From a virus, in the IMG/VR virus record IMGVR_UViG_3300037851_000538, positions 1 through 64,000 of that record: a DNA stretch of 64,000 nt. One strand, 5' to 3'. The position numbers were made by a program, and so were the translations under genes. A model generated the notes under the pieces. That model was given only the letters and a program-made list of their open reading frames with translations. It had not been told where the DNA came from and did no database searches. Shown piece by piece: positions 27,231 to 37,934 of this stretch; the stretch's first letter is position 1; every line of letters starts with the position of its first letter.

Positions 27231-30200
27231 GTGGCTTATTACAATCCGACCGAGCCTTTCGAGACGATGAAGAAGCGTTTGAGCGAGACGGTAAAATCTC
27301 AGTTTCCTGTTGAGGGTCGTCGGCACACGTTAAGAGCGTCTAAGGTCTGGATTGAGGACGATAAGGCGATCACGGATATCCATTCTCAAGAAGAGGCTAA
27401 GCTCAAGGAGAGGTCTTGGACTGTCCCCATGAAGGCTCATCTAGAGCTCGTGGACAAAGAGACAGGAAAGGTCAAGGACCAGAAAGTCGTAGTGCTGGGA
27501 CAGCTGCCAAAGATAACTAATAGGTGGACTTACATCGTAGACGGACAAGAGCGCCAGATCGCGAACCAATTTCGTTTGCGCTCTGGGGTCTATACGCACG
27601 TCAGAGAAAACGGAGAACTAACCTCTCAATGGAACCTAGCCAAGGGTCTAGGATTCAATATGAATATAGACCCGTCTTCAAAGATTATGTCTATCACTTT
27701 TACCAATAAGGCGTCTAAGATACCCATATACTCTGTTTTGAAACTTATGGGTGTTCCTGACTCGGACATTGAAAAGTCCTTGGGTAAGGCCTTTTATGAA
27801 GCTAACAAGAACGTAAAGTCCGACAAGGTCGAAGAACTGTACCGCGCATTTAAGGGAACCCCCCCTCCCTCTAAGGAAGAGGCTAGGAAGGTTGTTCTTC
27901 AAGAGTTCGAGCGCATGGCTCTTCTTCCGGACACTACTAAAGTTACGTTGGGCTCTTCTTTTGAAAAAGTAAACGGAAGCTCTTTGTTGGCTGGAGCCTC
28001 TAAGCTGTCCAAAGTGTTTCGTAAGGAAGAAGATCCAGACGATAGAGACTCTTTGGTGTTCAAAGACCTATACTCGGCCGAAGACCTTTTAACGGAGCGC
28101 CTATCCAAAAAGAACGTAAAGGACATACAGAGGAAGATCCTCAACAACGTAGACAAGAAGTCTAGTGTTTCAGAGATCGTCCACCCTGATATTTTCGGCA
28201 AGCCTATTCGTCAGTTTTTCATTAGCCCTCTATCAGAGTTTCCAGACCAGCTTAATCCGATGAGCTACCTGTCTGGTAATCGGAGAACAACCATTCTGAA
28301 AGAGCATGGCATATCGGACCCCGTAATGATTTCTTTGGGGGCCAAGGCCATTAACCCTTCCCATATAGGGTTTCTTGACCCAATCCAAACTCCTGAGTCG
28401 GAAGCCCTAGGAGCGACTTTGCAGCTTGCTTTGGGGGTTAGGAAATCAGGACACAAAGTCTATATAAAGCTCCGAAACGTCAAGACCGGAAAGTACGAAG
28501 AGGTGGACGCGGCCAAAGCGCTGGGGACTACTTTTGCCTTTCCTGACCAAGTAAAGAAGACAGATAAAGGCCTGTTTCCCGTAGACAAGCTTATCAAAGC
28601 GAGTGACAAAAAGGGTAACATCGTTATGGTAAAGCCCTCGGAGGTCACTCATGTTTTGGACTCTCCTAAGGCACTGTTCGATTTCTCATCTAACCTGATA
28701 CCGTTCTTGCAGAACAATCAGGGCAATAGAGCTATGATGGCGTCAAAACAGCTCGAGCAGGCAATGCCCTTGAAGAATAGAGAGGAGCCTTTAATCCAGG
28801 TCAAAGAGGAGTCTGGTTCCACTTTTGAAAATATTCTGGGGCGTATAGCGGCCGCTCACGTTTCAAGAGTAGACGGGGTGGTTCAAAAGGTTACAGACAA
28901 GTCCATCTTTATCAAAGAAGACAAAACGGGTAAGCCCTATGAGGTAAAGCTCTACAACAATTTCCCCCTCAACAATGACAAGTCCTTAATACACTCTGAG
29001 CCTATAGTTAAGGTGGGGGACAAGGTTTCCAAAAACCAGCCGGTGGCCGATACCAACTTTTCCAAGAACGGCACCATGGCTTTAGGCACTAATTTGAGAG
29101 TGGCCTATATGCCGTGGAGAGGCTATAACTTTGATGACGGAATAGTTATCTCTGAATCCGCTGCCAAGAAGTTGACCTCCACTCATCTGTTTAGGGAGCA
29201 GGTGGCGCAGGAGAAGAATGTCATTCTGGACAAGAAAAAACTTTTAGCACACGTCGGGGCTACGGTTTCCAAGTCGTCAACAGATAAGCTGGACGATAGG
29301 GGGGTGGTTCAAGTAGGGCAGACAGTCTATCCTGGAGATATTCTTATTGGGGCCTTGAAGCACGAAGAAATAACTCCAGAACAGCGCCAGCTGGCTGTGT
29401 TCTCAAAGAAGCTCATAAAGCCAGTGAAGCCCAACCTGGTGACTTGGGACCGAGAGGTTCCGGGAACTGTAGTGCGCGTAGTCAAGCACGGTAAGAACAC
29501 TACAGTATACGTGAGGGCGGACGAGCCTGCAGACGTTGGGGACAAGATAGTAGGTAGGTATGGAAACAAGGGGGTAATAACAACAGTACTTCCAGACCAT
29601 GAGATGCCGTTAGACCAAGAAGAAAAGCCCCTGGAGGTTCTTCTAAACCCGTCAGGGGTTCCTTCTCGTATCAACATGGGGCAGATACTAGAGACTGCTG
29701 CCTCTAAAATAGCTAGAAAGACTAACACTCCGTACGTGGTCAACAACTTTGACCAAGACATTCCGGACTACACTAGACATTTGAAGGACGAACTTAAAAA
29801 GCACGGGTTATCGGACGTAGAGAATCTTAAAGACCCTTCTACGGGTAGGGTCTTTAAGGATGTTTTGGCCGGGGAGCAATACATACTTAAGCTGCACCAC
29901 ACCGCGGAGAAGAAGCTGTCTTCCAGGTCTAGAGATGCCTATGACTCTAATCTTATGCCTAGAGGTGGAGGGGATGCTAGCGGACAGAAGATGGACGCTA
30001 TGGGCCTTTACGCATTATTGGCTCACAACGCGCGGTCAGTGATTCGTGAAGCCCAGACTCAAAAGAGTGAGCGTAACGACGATTACTGGGCTGCGTTGCA
30101 GGCTGGAGACTCCTTGCCGGCACCTAAAGTGCCCTTTGTTTTTAAGAAGTTTGAAGGTTACCTGAAAGCCATGGGGCTGGACACCGTGAAGGAAGGCAAC

Positions 30201-33200
30201 CACCTCATTCTTCAGCCCTTGACCGACAAGGCCATTCTAAAAACCAGCGCAGGAGAGATTAAAGACCCCGGTGTCTCTTTTCAAGGCAGCACACTGAAGC
30301 CAGAAAAAGGAGGCATATTTGATCCGTCCATTACTGGAACTAAAGGCGCTGGTAAGTCTCTGGAGCTGGGAACAAACTGGGCTCACATCACTCTAGCGGA
30401 TAGAATGCCCAACCCTGTTTTCCAGAAGCCCATATCTAGTCTGTTGGGCATGAGCGGAACGCAGTTCAACGACGTTGTTAAAGGCCACTCTAAGTTAAAC
30501 GGGGCCACAGGTCCTGGAGCCATAGTCTCTGCCCTGAAATCCATAGACGTAGAAAAAAGACTGTCTGAATTGGAGTCTAAGCTGCGCTCCTTGCGCGGAA
30601 CTAAGTTGGATATAGCAAACAAGGAGCTGAAGTATCTGAGGGCTCTTAAATCCAGCGGCCTCAGCCCTCAAGAAGCTTACACTATAAAACATCTTCCGGT
30701 TCTTCCTCCCAATATGAGGCCAGTGTCAGTACAGGAGAACGGCGCTCTTGCCGAAGACCTTGTAAACAAAATGTACAACATGATTGGTAACACCAATTAC
30801 CAGCTCAAGACATTTGATCCGAAGGTACATCCGGAAGAGGAAGTAGCCGTTCCTTTGCGCGCAGAGCTGTACGACGGTCTTAAGGCGCTAATGCTGTTAG
30901 GCACCAAGGTGGCTAAGGGAAAAGAGTTTGCGGGTATTGCCAACATCATTTCCGGAGGCGGTTCCCCTAAAGAGGGGTTCTTTCAGGACAAGGTGATTGG
31001 AAAAAGGCAAGACCTGTCCATGCGAGGCACTATCATCCCAGAACCTTCTATGTCTTTGGACGAGGTTGGTATCCCTAGGAAGGCCGCTCAGGAGCTCTAC
31101 AAGCCTTTTATCATGTCTAGACTCATCCGGTCGGGGATCAGCCCAGCTCAAGCATTGAAAGAAATAAAGAACAACTCTGACATGGCCTTTATGGCGTTAC
31201 AGAGCGTACTGAACGAGAGGCCCATAATTTTGAAAAGAGACCCGGTTCTGCATAAGTACGGGGTACAGGCTTTTCGTCCTAGAATCATAGAGGGTAAGGC
31301 CGTACGCATTCACCCTCTGGCAACAAGCGGTTACAACGCTGACTTCGACGGTGACGCAATGAGCGCGTACGTCCCGGTCAGTTCAAAGGCGGTGGAGGAG
31401 GCTTTCAAGATGATGCCTTCTCACAACATCTTCAATCCTGCTACTGGAAACGTCATGTATAAACCGAGTCAGGAGTCCCTGTTTGGCTTATACAAGCTAA
31501 CTGAGATGGGTTCTGGCCCCGCTAAGAAGTTTTCTGGCCTAGACCAGTTGGCCAAAGCGACGATGGCAGGAGAAATTGATTTCAATACCCCTGTCAGCCT
31601 CAAGAGCATAGACAAAGACATATCCAAGTTGATCAAGATCGGAGCCCCCGAGGTAAAAACCACGGTAGGTCGGCTCCTTGTTTACAATGCCCTTCCAGAA
31701 GATTTGAGAGACCCGGCCATTCTGTCAGATCCTTCGTTTAAGATGACTTCTTCCAGTCTCAACAAGCTTCTAGGCGCAGTTGCCATTAAACGGCCCCACG
31801 ATTTTGGAAAAGTGGCAGACGCTCTGAAGAATCTTGGCAACGAATTTTCTACGGGTTCCTCGGTTGGCCTAGACGATTTTATTTCTCACAAGCACGACCG
31901 AGATAGAATTCTTCGGGAGGCTCGCGATCTAGAGAAGGCTATTACCGCCAAGGACAAAGACAAAAGGGAAGAAGAGACGATCAAGATCTACAACAAGGCT
32001 GGTGGTAAAATAGAGGAAGCAGCCTTGGGGTCTATCGAAAAGTCTAAGAACCGCATGTACGATTGGGTTAAGGCGGGTGCTAAGGGAAACTGGGACCAGT
32101 TTCGACAAATGGCAGTAGCACCCCTATTAGTGGTGGACTCTTACGGGAAGACAGTCCCGGTTCCTATCACCAAGTCCTATTCTGAGGGCCTGGACGTAGC
32201 TTCATATTGGGCATCAATGCACGGAGCTCGTATGGGAACTCTGAGTCGCGTGGAGGGTACATGGCGCCCCGGTCTTTTGAGCAAAGAGATCATGCAGGCC
32301 ACTATGGGCCAAATGGTGGTTAGCGAGGATTGCGGAACAGAAAAAGGCATATTGATGCCCATTGAGGACAAAAACGTCCTAAACCGATTTCTAAGTCAGG
32401 CCGTCTCCTTAGGCCAGAAGACCGGAAAGGACAAGGGGGTCCTGCCCGCAGGGACTCTGGTGACTCCAGATGTTCTAAATCGTCTAAGAAACAACAAAGT
32501 AACCGAGGTTCGAGTTCGTAGTCCTTTGAAATGCGCGCACGGAGAGGGGTTGTGCGCAAAGTGCTATGGGATTAACGAGAACGGAAAACTACATCAAAAA
32601 GGAACAAACGTAGGAGTCATCGCCTCTCAGGCTCTTGGGGAGCCTATGACGCAGCTGAGCATGAACTCTTTTCATACGGGTGGCATAGCCGGTTCCGTGG
32701 GCGCTAAAGCCACTAGCGTGTTTGACAGAATAGACCAGCTGACCAAGATTCCTAGTATACTTCCAGGATCTGCCGTCTTGTCCACCGCGGAGGGAGTAGT
32801 TAGCAGTATTTCTAAGGACCCGGCCGGCGGATGGTCGGTGTTTGTTGGAGGGGAAAAGCACTATGTACCCCCATCTCGGGAGATTGTTGTTAAGAAGGGC
32901 GACTCTTTGAAAAAAGGGGACGCTGTCTCTTCAGGAGTTAAAAATCCGAGGGACATACTTAGGCTACAGGGGATAGGCGCGGTTCAGAATTATCTTACGA
33001 CCGAGCTTGAGAAAAACTACGGAAAGGCCCAGACGCCCCTATTTAGACGTAACGTAGAAACATTTGTTCGATCCATGACCAACCTGTGCGAGGTGGTGGA
33101 CCCAGGAAGCCACGAGTCTTACGTGAAGGGAGACACTGCTCCCACGTCTGTCATCCTAGAGTACAACTCCAAAGCTTCTAAGGAGGGTAAAGCCCCCGTA

Positions 33201-33416
33201 AAGTTCTCTCCAATCCTCAAGAGCGTAGAAACTCTTCCTTTGGACATGCACGAAGACTGGGTGGCTCGCCTTCAGTCCCGTAGGTTGAAGTCTACAATAC
33301 TGGATGCGGCCGCCGAGGGGTGGAGGTCTTCGTTACACAGCACCCACCCTATACCAGCAATGGCGTACGGCGCAGAGTTTGGACAGGGAACTCCTGATAA
33401 ACCCTGGCTTTACTAG
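27231..33416 (+). CDS. rpoBC: Single-chain DNA-directed RNA polymerase, fused beta + beta' (bacterial-type two-barrel)
   Basis: beta motifs: IVDGQERQI, HIGFLDPIQTPE, LIPFLQNNQGNRAMM, YMPWRGYNFDD, GDKIVGRYGNKGV, NPSGVPSRINMGQ, YILKLHH. beta' motifs: LPVLPPNMRP, GKRQDLSMR, RDPVLH, NADFDGD, DCGT, RSPLKC..CAKCYG, GEPMTQLSMNSFHTGG. AGGAG RBS before GTG 27231. Confidence 0.95.
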   Translation: MAYYNPTEPFETMKKRLSETVKSQFPVEGRRHTLRASKVWIEDDKAITDIHSQEEAKLKERSWTVPMKAHLELVDKETGKVKDQKVVVLGQLPKITNRWTYIVDGQERQIANQFRLRSGVYTHVRENGELTSQWNLAKGLGFNMNIDPSSKIMSITFTNKASKIPIYSVLKLMGVPDSDIEKSLGKAFYEANKNVKSDKVEELYRAFKGTPPPSKEEARKVVLQEFERMALLPDTTKVTLGSSFEKVNGSSLLAGASKLSKVFRKEEDPDDRDSLVFKDLYSAEDLLTERLSKKNVKDIQRKILNNVDKKSSVSEIVHPDIFGKPIRQFFISPLSEFPDQLNPMSYLSGNRRTTILKEHGISDPVMISLGAKAINPSHIGFLDPIQTPESEALGATLQLALGVRKSGHKVYIKLRNVKTGKYEEVDAAKALGTTFAFPDQVKKTDKGLFPVDKLIKASDKKGNIVMVKPSEVTHVLDSPKALFDFSSNLIPFLQNNQGNRAMMASKQLEQAMPLKNREEPLIQVKEESGSTFENILGRIAAAHVSRVDGVVQKVTDKSIFIKEDKTGKPYEVKLYNNFPLNNDKSLIHSEPIVKVGDKVSKNQPVADTNFSKNGTMALGTNLRVAYMPWRGYNFDDGIVISESAAKKLTSTHLFREQVAQEKNVILDKKKLLAHVGATVSKSSTDKLDDRGVVQVGQTVYPGDILIGALKHEEITPEQRQLAVFSKKLIKPVKPNLVTWDREVPGTVVRVVKHGKNTTVYVRADEPADVGDKIVGRYGNKGVITTVLPDHEMPLDQEEKPLEVLLNPSGVPSRINMGQILETAASKIARKTNTPYVVNNFDQDIPDYTRHLKDELKKHGLSDVENLKDPSTGRVFKDVLAGEQYILKLHHTAEKKLSSRSRDAYDSNLMPRGGGDASGQKMDAMGLYALLAHNARSVIREAQTQKSERNDDYWAALQAGDSLPAPKVPFVFKKFEGYLKAMGLDTVKEGNHLILQPLTDKAILKTSAGEIKDPGVSFQGSTLKPEKGGIFDPSITGTKGAGKSLELGTNWAHITLADRMPNPVFQKPISSLLGMSGTQFNDVVKGHSKLNGATGPGAIVSALKSIDVEKRLSELESKLRSLRGTKLDIANKELKYLRALKSSGLSPQEAYTIKHLPVLPPNMRPVSVQENGALAEDLVNKMYNMIGNTNYQLKTFDPKVHPEEEVAVPLRAELYDGLKALMLLGTKVAKGKEFAGIANIISGGGSPKEGFFQDKVIGKRQDLSMRGTIIPEPSMSLDEVGIPRKAAQELYKPFIMSRLIRSGISPAQALKEIKNNSDMAFMALQSVLNERPIILKRDPVLHKYGVQAFRPRIIEGKAVRIHPLATSGYNADFDGDAMSAYVPVSSKAVEEAFKMMPSHNIFNPATGNVMYKPSQESLFGLYKLTEMGSGPAKKFSGLDQLAKATMAGEIDFNTPVSLKSIDKDISKLIKIGAPEVKTTVGRLLVYNALPEDLRDPAILSDPSFKMTSSSLNKLLGAVAIKRPHDFGKVADALKNLGNEFSTGSSVGLDDFISHKHDRDRILREARDLEKAITAKDKDKREEETIKIYNKAGGKIEEAALGSIEKSKNRMYDWVKAGAKGNWDQFRQMAVAPLLVVDSYGKTVPVPITKSYSEGLDVASYWASMHGARMGTLSRVEGTWRPGLLSKEIMQATMGQMVVSEDCGTEKGILMPIEDKNVLNRFLSQAVSLGQKTGKDKGVLPAGTLVTPDVLNRLRNNKVTEVRVRSPLKCAHGEGLCAKCYGINENGKLHQKGTNVGVIASQALGEPMTQLSMNSFHTGGIAGSVGAKATSVFDRIDQLTKIPSILPGSAVLSTAEGVVSSISKDPAGGWSVFVGGEKHYVPPSREIVVKKGDSLKKGDAVSSGVKNPRDILRLQGIGAVQNYLTTELEKNYGKAQTPLFRRNVETFVRSMTNLCEVVDPGSHESYVKGDTAPTSVILEYNSKASKEGKAPVKFSPILKSVETLPLDMHEDWVARLQSRRLKSTILDAAAEGWRSSLHSTHPIPAMAYGAEFGQGTPDKPWLY

Positions 33417-33426
33417 GACTTAGATA

Positions 33427-34524
33427 ATGACCCGGACAATCGCCGAGACAGAGTACGTACCGTCACACGTAGAGGTGGTGCGTATAGTAAACGTAAACAT
33501 CGTGGACTGGTCTGTAGACTGCGTGTCTGAAAAGGGCGGAAAGCGCTATTTCGATATCCAGGTCATGTCCCCCTACTTCCACTATATGAACGGGGAGGGG
33601 ATATACGCTGTTCCAGAGGTCGGGGCCGTGGCTTGGCTATGTCTCCCTAGCGAAGGAAGGTTTGCTGCCCCTTTTCTTTTAGGGTTCATGTCTCCTTTCG
33701 AGCAGGACACACAGAGTTTTAGGAGTGGTCGTCAGAACCTAAACCCCGGTGACATTATGCTTCGGACGAGAGATGAGAACTTTGTAGTTCTCCGTCGCGG
33801 CGGTGTTCTTCAGATGGGCGCAACCCCGGTTGCTCAAAGGATGTTTATACCTATCCGGAACTATATCAAGGACTTCTGCGAGAACTACGAGCTGGCTACT
33901 TTTGGTGGCACTCTTTCTTGGACTACTGAACGAGACGACCAGACTACGGACGGAAGTTCTCCTACTGTTTTGAGAATTTCTGCTAAAGAGAAGGCGAACG
34001 ACTCTGGGAATGCCGTGGAGCTGTCTTTAGGTTCCCATGGAGAGGACAGCCCTACTACACTAGAGCTGGTTGTTAGGTCTTCTGGAGATAAAAACGCTGA
34101 GGCAAAAGTGACTTTGACAATCACCAAAGAAGGAGACGTGGTCTGGGACGTTAAGAAATCAATCTCCGTAACGGCCTACGGGGACATTGATATATCTACC
34201 ACGGACGGCTCCCTGAACGTGTCTTCTGGAAAAGACGTCTCGTTGTCGGCCAGTGGTTCCCTCAGCGCAGATTTTGCCCAGGACGCCAAGATATCGACAT
34301 CGGGGTCGTTGCTGATGTCTGGAGATCAGGGGGCCACCTTGGACAGCCCCACTATCTGCCTTGGCCGAGGAGCCTCCAACCCGGTAGTTAAAGGAACAGA
34401 GCTGATGCAGTTTTTGGGGCAGCTGATAGCTACCTTGTCCGCTTACCCACCTACTGCAGGAGTGGGTTCTTTGACCCCACTGATTCCAAACATTGTGTCT
34501 ACGCAGTCATTTCTTTCTCGATGA
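33427..34524 (+). CDS. Baseplate spike / gpV-gp5-like protein
   Basis: OB-fold-like IQVMSPY...GIYAVPEVGAVAWL, followed by Ser/Thr/Gly beta-helix repeats and C-terminal LG..A..PVVKG. Confidence 0.65.
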   Translation: MTRTIAETEYVPSHVEVVRIVNVNIVDWSVDCVSEKGGKRYFDIQVMSPYFHYMNGEGIYAVPEVGAVAWLCLPSEGRFAAPFLLGFMSPFEQDTQSFRSGRQNLNPGDIMLRTRDENFVVLRRGGVLQMGATPVAQRMFIPIRNYIKDFCENYELATFGGTLSWTTERDDQTTDGSSPTVLRISAKEKANDSGNAVELSLGSHGEDSPTTLELVVRSSGDKNAEAKVTLTITKEGDVVWDVKKSISVTAYGDIDISTTDGSLNVSSGKDVSLSASGSLSADFAQDAKISTSGSLLMSGDQGATLDSPTICLGRGASNPVVKGTELMQFLGQLIATLSAYPPTAGVGSLTPLIPNIVSTQSFLSR

Positions 34525-34536
34525 CAGGAGATACCT

Positions 34537-36555
34537 ATGGCGAGCGCTTCTTTGTTTTTGGACCGTCCACTTCAATTTGAGGGAGAGGAAAAGCTCGCAG
34601 GGTCTTTGACTCGCCTCAGCGACAATGTCGAGATGTGGCCTCGGGAGATTACTCAAGAGGCTTATCGGCAGATCCCGTACATCAGTGACTTCGATATCAA
34701 TGTCGTTCTGGACAAGGTTGACGAGCAGAAGGGTTTTGCTTTTGGATCCATCGAGGTCAAGGCGAAGTCCGAGATGACTATGGAGGAGCGGAAGGGCGGA
34801 GACCTTCCTCGAGTCCATGTTCCTATCGTCGTTAAAGACCAGATGCTCTATCCGCTCGACGTCTTTTTGAACGGAAAGTCCTACGCCTACCTTACTGAGC
34901 CCCGTCTACGGTCCGCGCTGTTCCGTCCAGAAACTATGGATGCTGCTCGGACTCGCCCGTACGACCCCTCGCTAGTCCACGACCTTCAACCGCCTATTAG
35001 GGCGGGTTATGGTGGTTTTGGAGCCGGAGGGGTGAAGACGGGGTCTGCGGCTTCAGACGAGCTGGAACACCTTCCCATTCTCCCGATGCTTCAAGGTAGG
35101 GTTTTGGGAGACCACGTGACGCGTTTGAAGGTTGCGTGCCAAGACCCCAGTCTGCGGTCTCAGGTATTGGGAGGCAGTTTAGGTGTTCGTGCTGCGTTCA
35201 ATTCTGCTTTGGGCCTTAAAGAGACTTCTCAGGAGAAGTGGGCCAGTTCTATTAGAAACAGCGTGGTTCCTAAGGTAGTTCAGCTCAAGAAACACGGAAG
35301 TAATAGCCTCCTGCTCAAAACAGCGGATCCGGATTTCTACGCCCCGGAGATTGAGATCATTCCAGAGAGCCTGGCTAGGGATTTGGCCGGAGAAGAGGAC
35401 ATCTCTGGCATCATGGAGAGCGACGGTACTATGACCGTCAGTCCAGACACTCCCGTGAAGTCTACTTTGGAGGCTGAAGAGATTCGAGTTGCTGACTCCT
35501 TTGGCCTTTGGAAGGTTCAGGACCTCAGCGGAAACACTCTCATAGGGTGGGTTTTTCCTCAGCTTCTTTCTATGGACATGCAGCCTTTGCCGTTGAGCCT
35601 ATTCAACAATGGGTCTCAACACGCTGTCCAAGAGCACGTAGCCGGGGAAATGGCTGGTAAGTCTACAGACCTACCAAAAGGACACCCTCAGGGTTACGGG
35701 TGTTTGTATTTTATTGATCACGGCACAGCTAAGGCCTTCGTTCCTATGCGAGTCACCTCTACCATGCGCGGGCCTGACGGTCTGATTAGGTATGTGGCCG
35801 AAGATGACATGGGCGCCCACTTCACGTTCTACTTCTCTGACGCGGTGAAAACCATTTTGCGCGTAGGGGGATCCGAGTACTGTATACCGTCTCAAGTTTC
35901 TTGGATGCCGTTAAGGGGAAAAACCGAGCTGGTCAATACCCCTGCGTACTTCTCAAAAGTAGCGTCGGATAGATTCTTGTCCAACAGGGCAGAGCTTGTC
36001 GGTGACGGGAACTTGTTTAGCTGGAGGGGTCCAGCTGTCTCCAAACTGGCCAGTGCGGACAGGGCGTTTTTGAATAGGGACGATGCCTTGTTTCTTGGAG
36101 TGTCTTTGGGGATTGACCCGTCATTTTGCAAGGAGGCTTTAGATAGAGCTTCTAAGGGAGAGCTTCTAAAGTTTGGAAGCGTACGGGTTATCACTCCGAC
36201 ATGGGAGAAGCTGGCGAAGGCCCACGAGTCCGTTAAGGCTGAATTGGCATCTATTCCTAGGCCTATTAGAAACTATTTCTTGGCTAAGGAAGCGGCTCTT
36301 CTGGACGATGCTCTTACTGCGGACAAGATACTGGGTCTTGGGTTTTTAACGGCAGAAAACATTTCTACGTTCGTGGATATGATCCCCGCATTGGAAGCAG
36401 CCTCGTCAAAAGTGGCTGAGATGCTGGTCGCCGCGCGTATCGGGTTGAGAGATGTTCCGGAGGTGGCTCTTGAGCGTATGTTGGCGGCCTTGGAGGATGT
36501 GATCCAGGGATTGAAGAGTCTCAAGCAGAAAGAAACGTCCAGGTTCTCTATTTAA
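34537..36555 (+). CDS. Large virion-module protein with K-x-A motifs
   Basis: AGGAG RBS; EKLAG, VKTGS, SKVAS, SKLAS, AKEAA. Confidence 0.65.
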   Translation: MASASLFLDRPLQFEGEEKLAGSLTRLSDNVEMWPREITQEAYRQIPYISDFDINVVLDKVDEQKGFAFGSIEVKAKSEMTMEERKGGDLPRVHVPIVVKDQMLYPLDVFLNGKSYAYLTEPRLRSALFRPETMDAARTRPYDPSLVHDLQPPIRAGYGGFGAGGVKTGSAASDELEHLPILPMLQGRVLGDHVTRLKVACQDPSLRSQVLGGSLGVRAAFNSALGLKETSQEKWASSIRNSVVPKVVQLKKHGSNSLLLKTADPDFYAPEIEIIPESLARDLAGEEDISGIMESDGTMTVSPDTPVKSTLEAEEIRVADSFGLWKVQDLSGNTLIGWVFPQLLSMDMQPLPLSLFNNGSQHAVQEHVAGEMAGKSTDLPKGHPQGYGCLYFIDHGTAKAFVPMRVTSTMRGPDGLIRYVAEDDMGAHFTFYFSDAVKTILRVGGSEYCIPSQVSWMPLRGKTELVNTPAYFSKVASDRFLSNRAELVGDGNLFSWRGPAVSKLASADRAFLNRDDALFLGVSLGIDPSFCKEALDRASKGELLKFGSVRVITPTWEKLAKAHESVKAELASIPRPIRNYFLAKEAALLDDALTADKILGLGFLTAENISTFVDMIPALEAASSKVAEMLVAARIGLRDVPEVALERMLAALEDVIQGLKSLKQKETSRFSI

Positions 36556-36566
36556 GGATTAGATCC

Positions 36567-37430
36567 ATGGCACACCCCTGTGATTATTTTGCCAAGTACG
36601 TTCTTGCACAGAACTGGGATTCGGACCTCAGCGTGGACCACATCAATCGGGTCTTCAAGTCCTACGACCTGCCTTTTTACAAAGAGGACAGCTTCAATGA
36701 ACTCATGGGCGGGTTTCATGTGCCCAACGGGTTCGACTTTGCGGACAAAGGCAGTTCTAAGACTCGGCAGTTCATGGAAGAAGAAAAAATATCTGCTCTT
36801 TGGGACCCAAAGGGCGACGATGAGCGAGTTTTTTCTGATGTAGTAGAGGGTTCAGCTTTGATGAAGCTGGACATTCACACTCTTATCATGGGTGGGGTTC
36901 CTTCGGACGTAATTTCCGACAAGGTCAACGGCAAGTATGGGCTTATGGTGCACCCTATTACAGCCAGAATGGTAGAAACATACGCTCACTATTTCTGGAA
37001 CAGAGACAGGGTGTCCCTGTACGACTGGGTAGATATTTTGGGCGGGTACCCTAGCGAGGATAGGCTTAAGGAGGCTCTGTACGGAGGTCCGCAGCAGGCT
37101 CTTTACCAGTGCGGATTCAAGCCTAAGGTGGATGTTTACGCTGCGGTTCGAGAAGTACACCGCCAAGCCTATTTTAGGCTTGAGGGGCTGCGAAGCTCTG
37201 CAACGAATCAGAGAACCACACAGGTGTTTTCTGCTTTGTCGTCTAAGATTCTGGCCTCCCATGAGATTATGACTGCGCACGGTGCAGGGTTGCAAGACCA
37301 GCTCAAGCAGTTCAGACAAATCATGATGAAGCATCAGGACCCGGACATTAAGCAGGTGGATACCCTTATCAACAAGCTAGAAGGGGGAAGCTATAGCGGG
37401 GAAGTAAAGCAGGCCTCTTCAGAAGATTGA
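36567..37430 (+). CDS. Hypothetical protein
   Basis: 287-aa ORF with AAGGA RBS. Confidence 0.6.
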   Translation: MAHPCDYFAKYVLAQNWDSDLSVDHINRVFKSYDLPFYKEDSFNELMGGFHVPNGFDFADKGSSKTRQFMEEEKISALWDPKGDDERVFSDVVEGSALMKLDIHTLIMGGVPSDVISDKVNGKYGLMVHPITARMVETYAHYFWNRDRVSLYDWVDILGGYPSEDRLKEALYGGPQQALYQCGFKPKVDVYAAVREVHRQAYFRLEGLRSSATNQRTTQVFSALSSKILASHEIMTAHGAGLQDQLKQFRQIMMKHQDPDIKQVDTLINKLEGGSYSGEVKQASSED

Positions 37431-37457
37431 CCCTCTTTTCCTCTAAGGCTCAAAACC

Positions 37458-37934
37458 ATGGACTGGTGTTCTAAAATCAAGGGTCTGATGGACAAGTGGG
37501 AAAATACTTCAGAAAAGTCTGCCACTCTAAAGCCCTTGGAAAAAAACGTGGTAGATTCTTTCAGCACTCATTTTTTGGAGTATGAGCTAAAGAAAGAAGA
37601 CTTATTGATTCACTTGTTCCCTAGAGCGGGTGGGTCGGATAGGTACTATCCCAGCTCCACATCCAAGGACGGTAAATACATTCCTGGTCGTTTAGAGGAG
37701 CCTGTAGATGGTCTATCCTTCCCGGAAAACGCTCTAGACTGCATAGAAAGAGCCGCGGAGTGCGTTTGGGCAGGTGATGTTACTGCGGATTACGTTCCAG
37801 AGCTTAAGTCCTACGCCGTTCAGTTTATTGGAGCCGCTAACACTTTATGTTCCGAGGCCTCGATGAGCTCTGGAGCTCTTTCCAAATTCATAGACTTGTT
37901 CTCGGAAGCCTTAGACAGAAATTTGGAGCCGTAA
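37458..37934 (+). CDS. Hypothetical protein
   Basis: 158-aa ORF; N-terminal SEKSAT. Confidence 0.55.
   Translation: MDWCSKIKGLMDKWENTSEKSATLKPLEKNVVDSFSTHFLEYELKKEDLLIHLFPRAGGSDRYYPSSTSKDGKYIPGRLEEPVDGLSFPENALDCIERAAECVWAGDVTADYVPELKSYAVQFIGAANTLCSEASMSSGALSKFIDLFSEALDRNLEP

Noticed and set aside
27150-33416. Cellular rpoBC operon, implying a bacterial chromosome
   Set aside because: No ribosomal protein genes nearby; flanked by portal and baseplate genes; enzyme is shortened and divergent.
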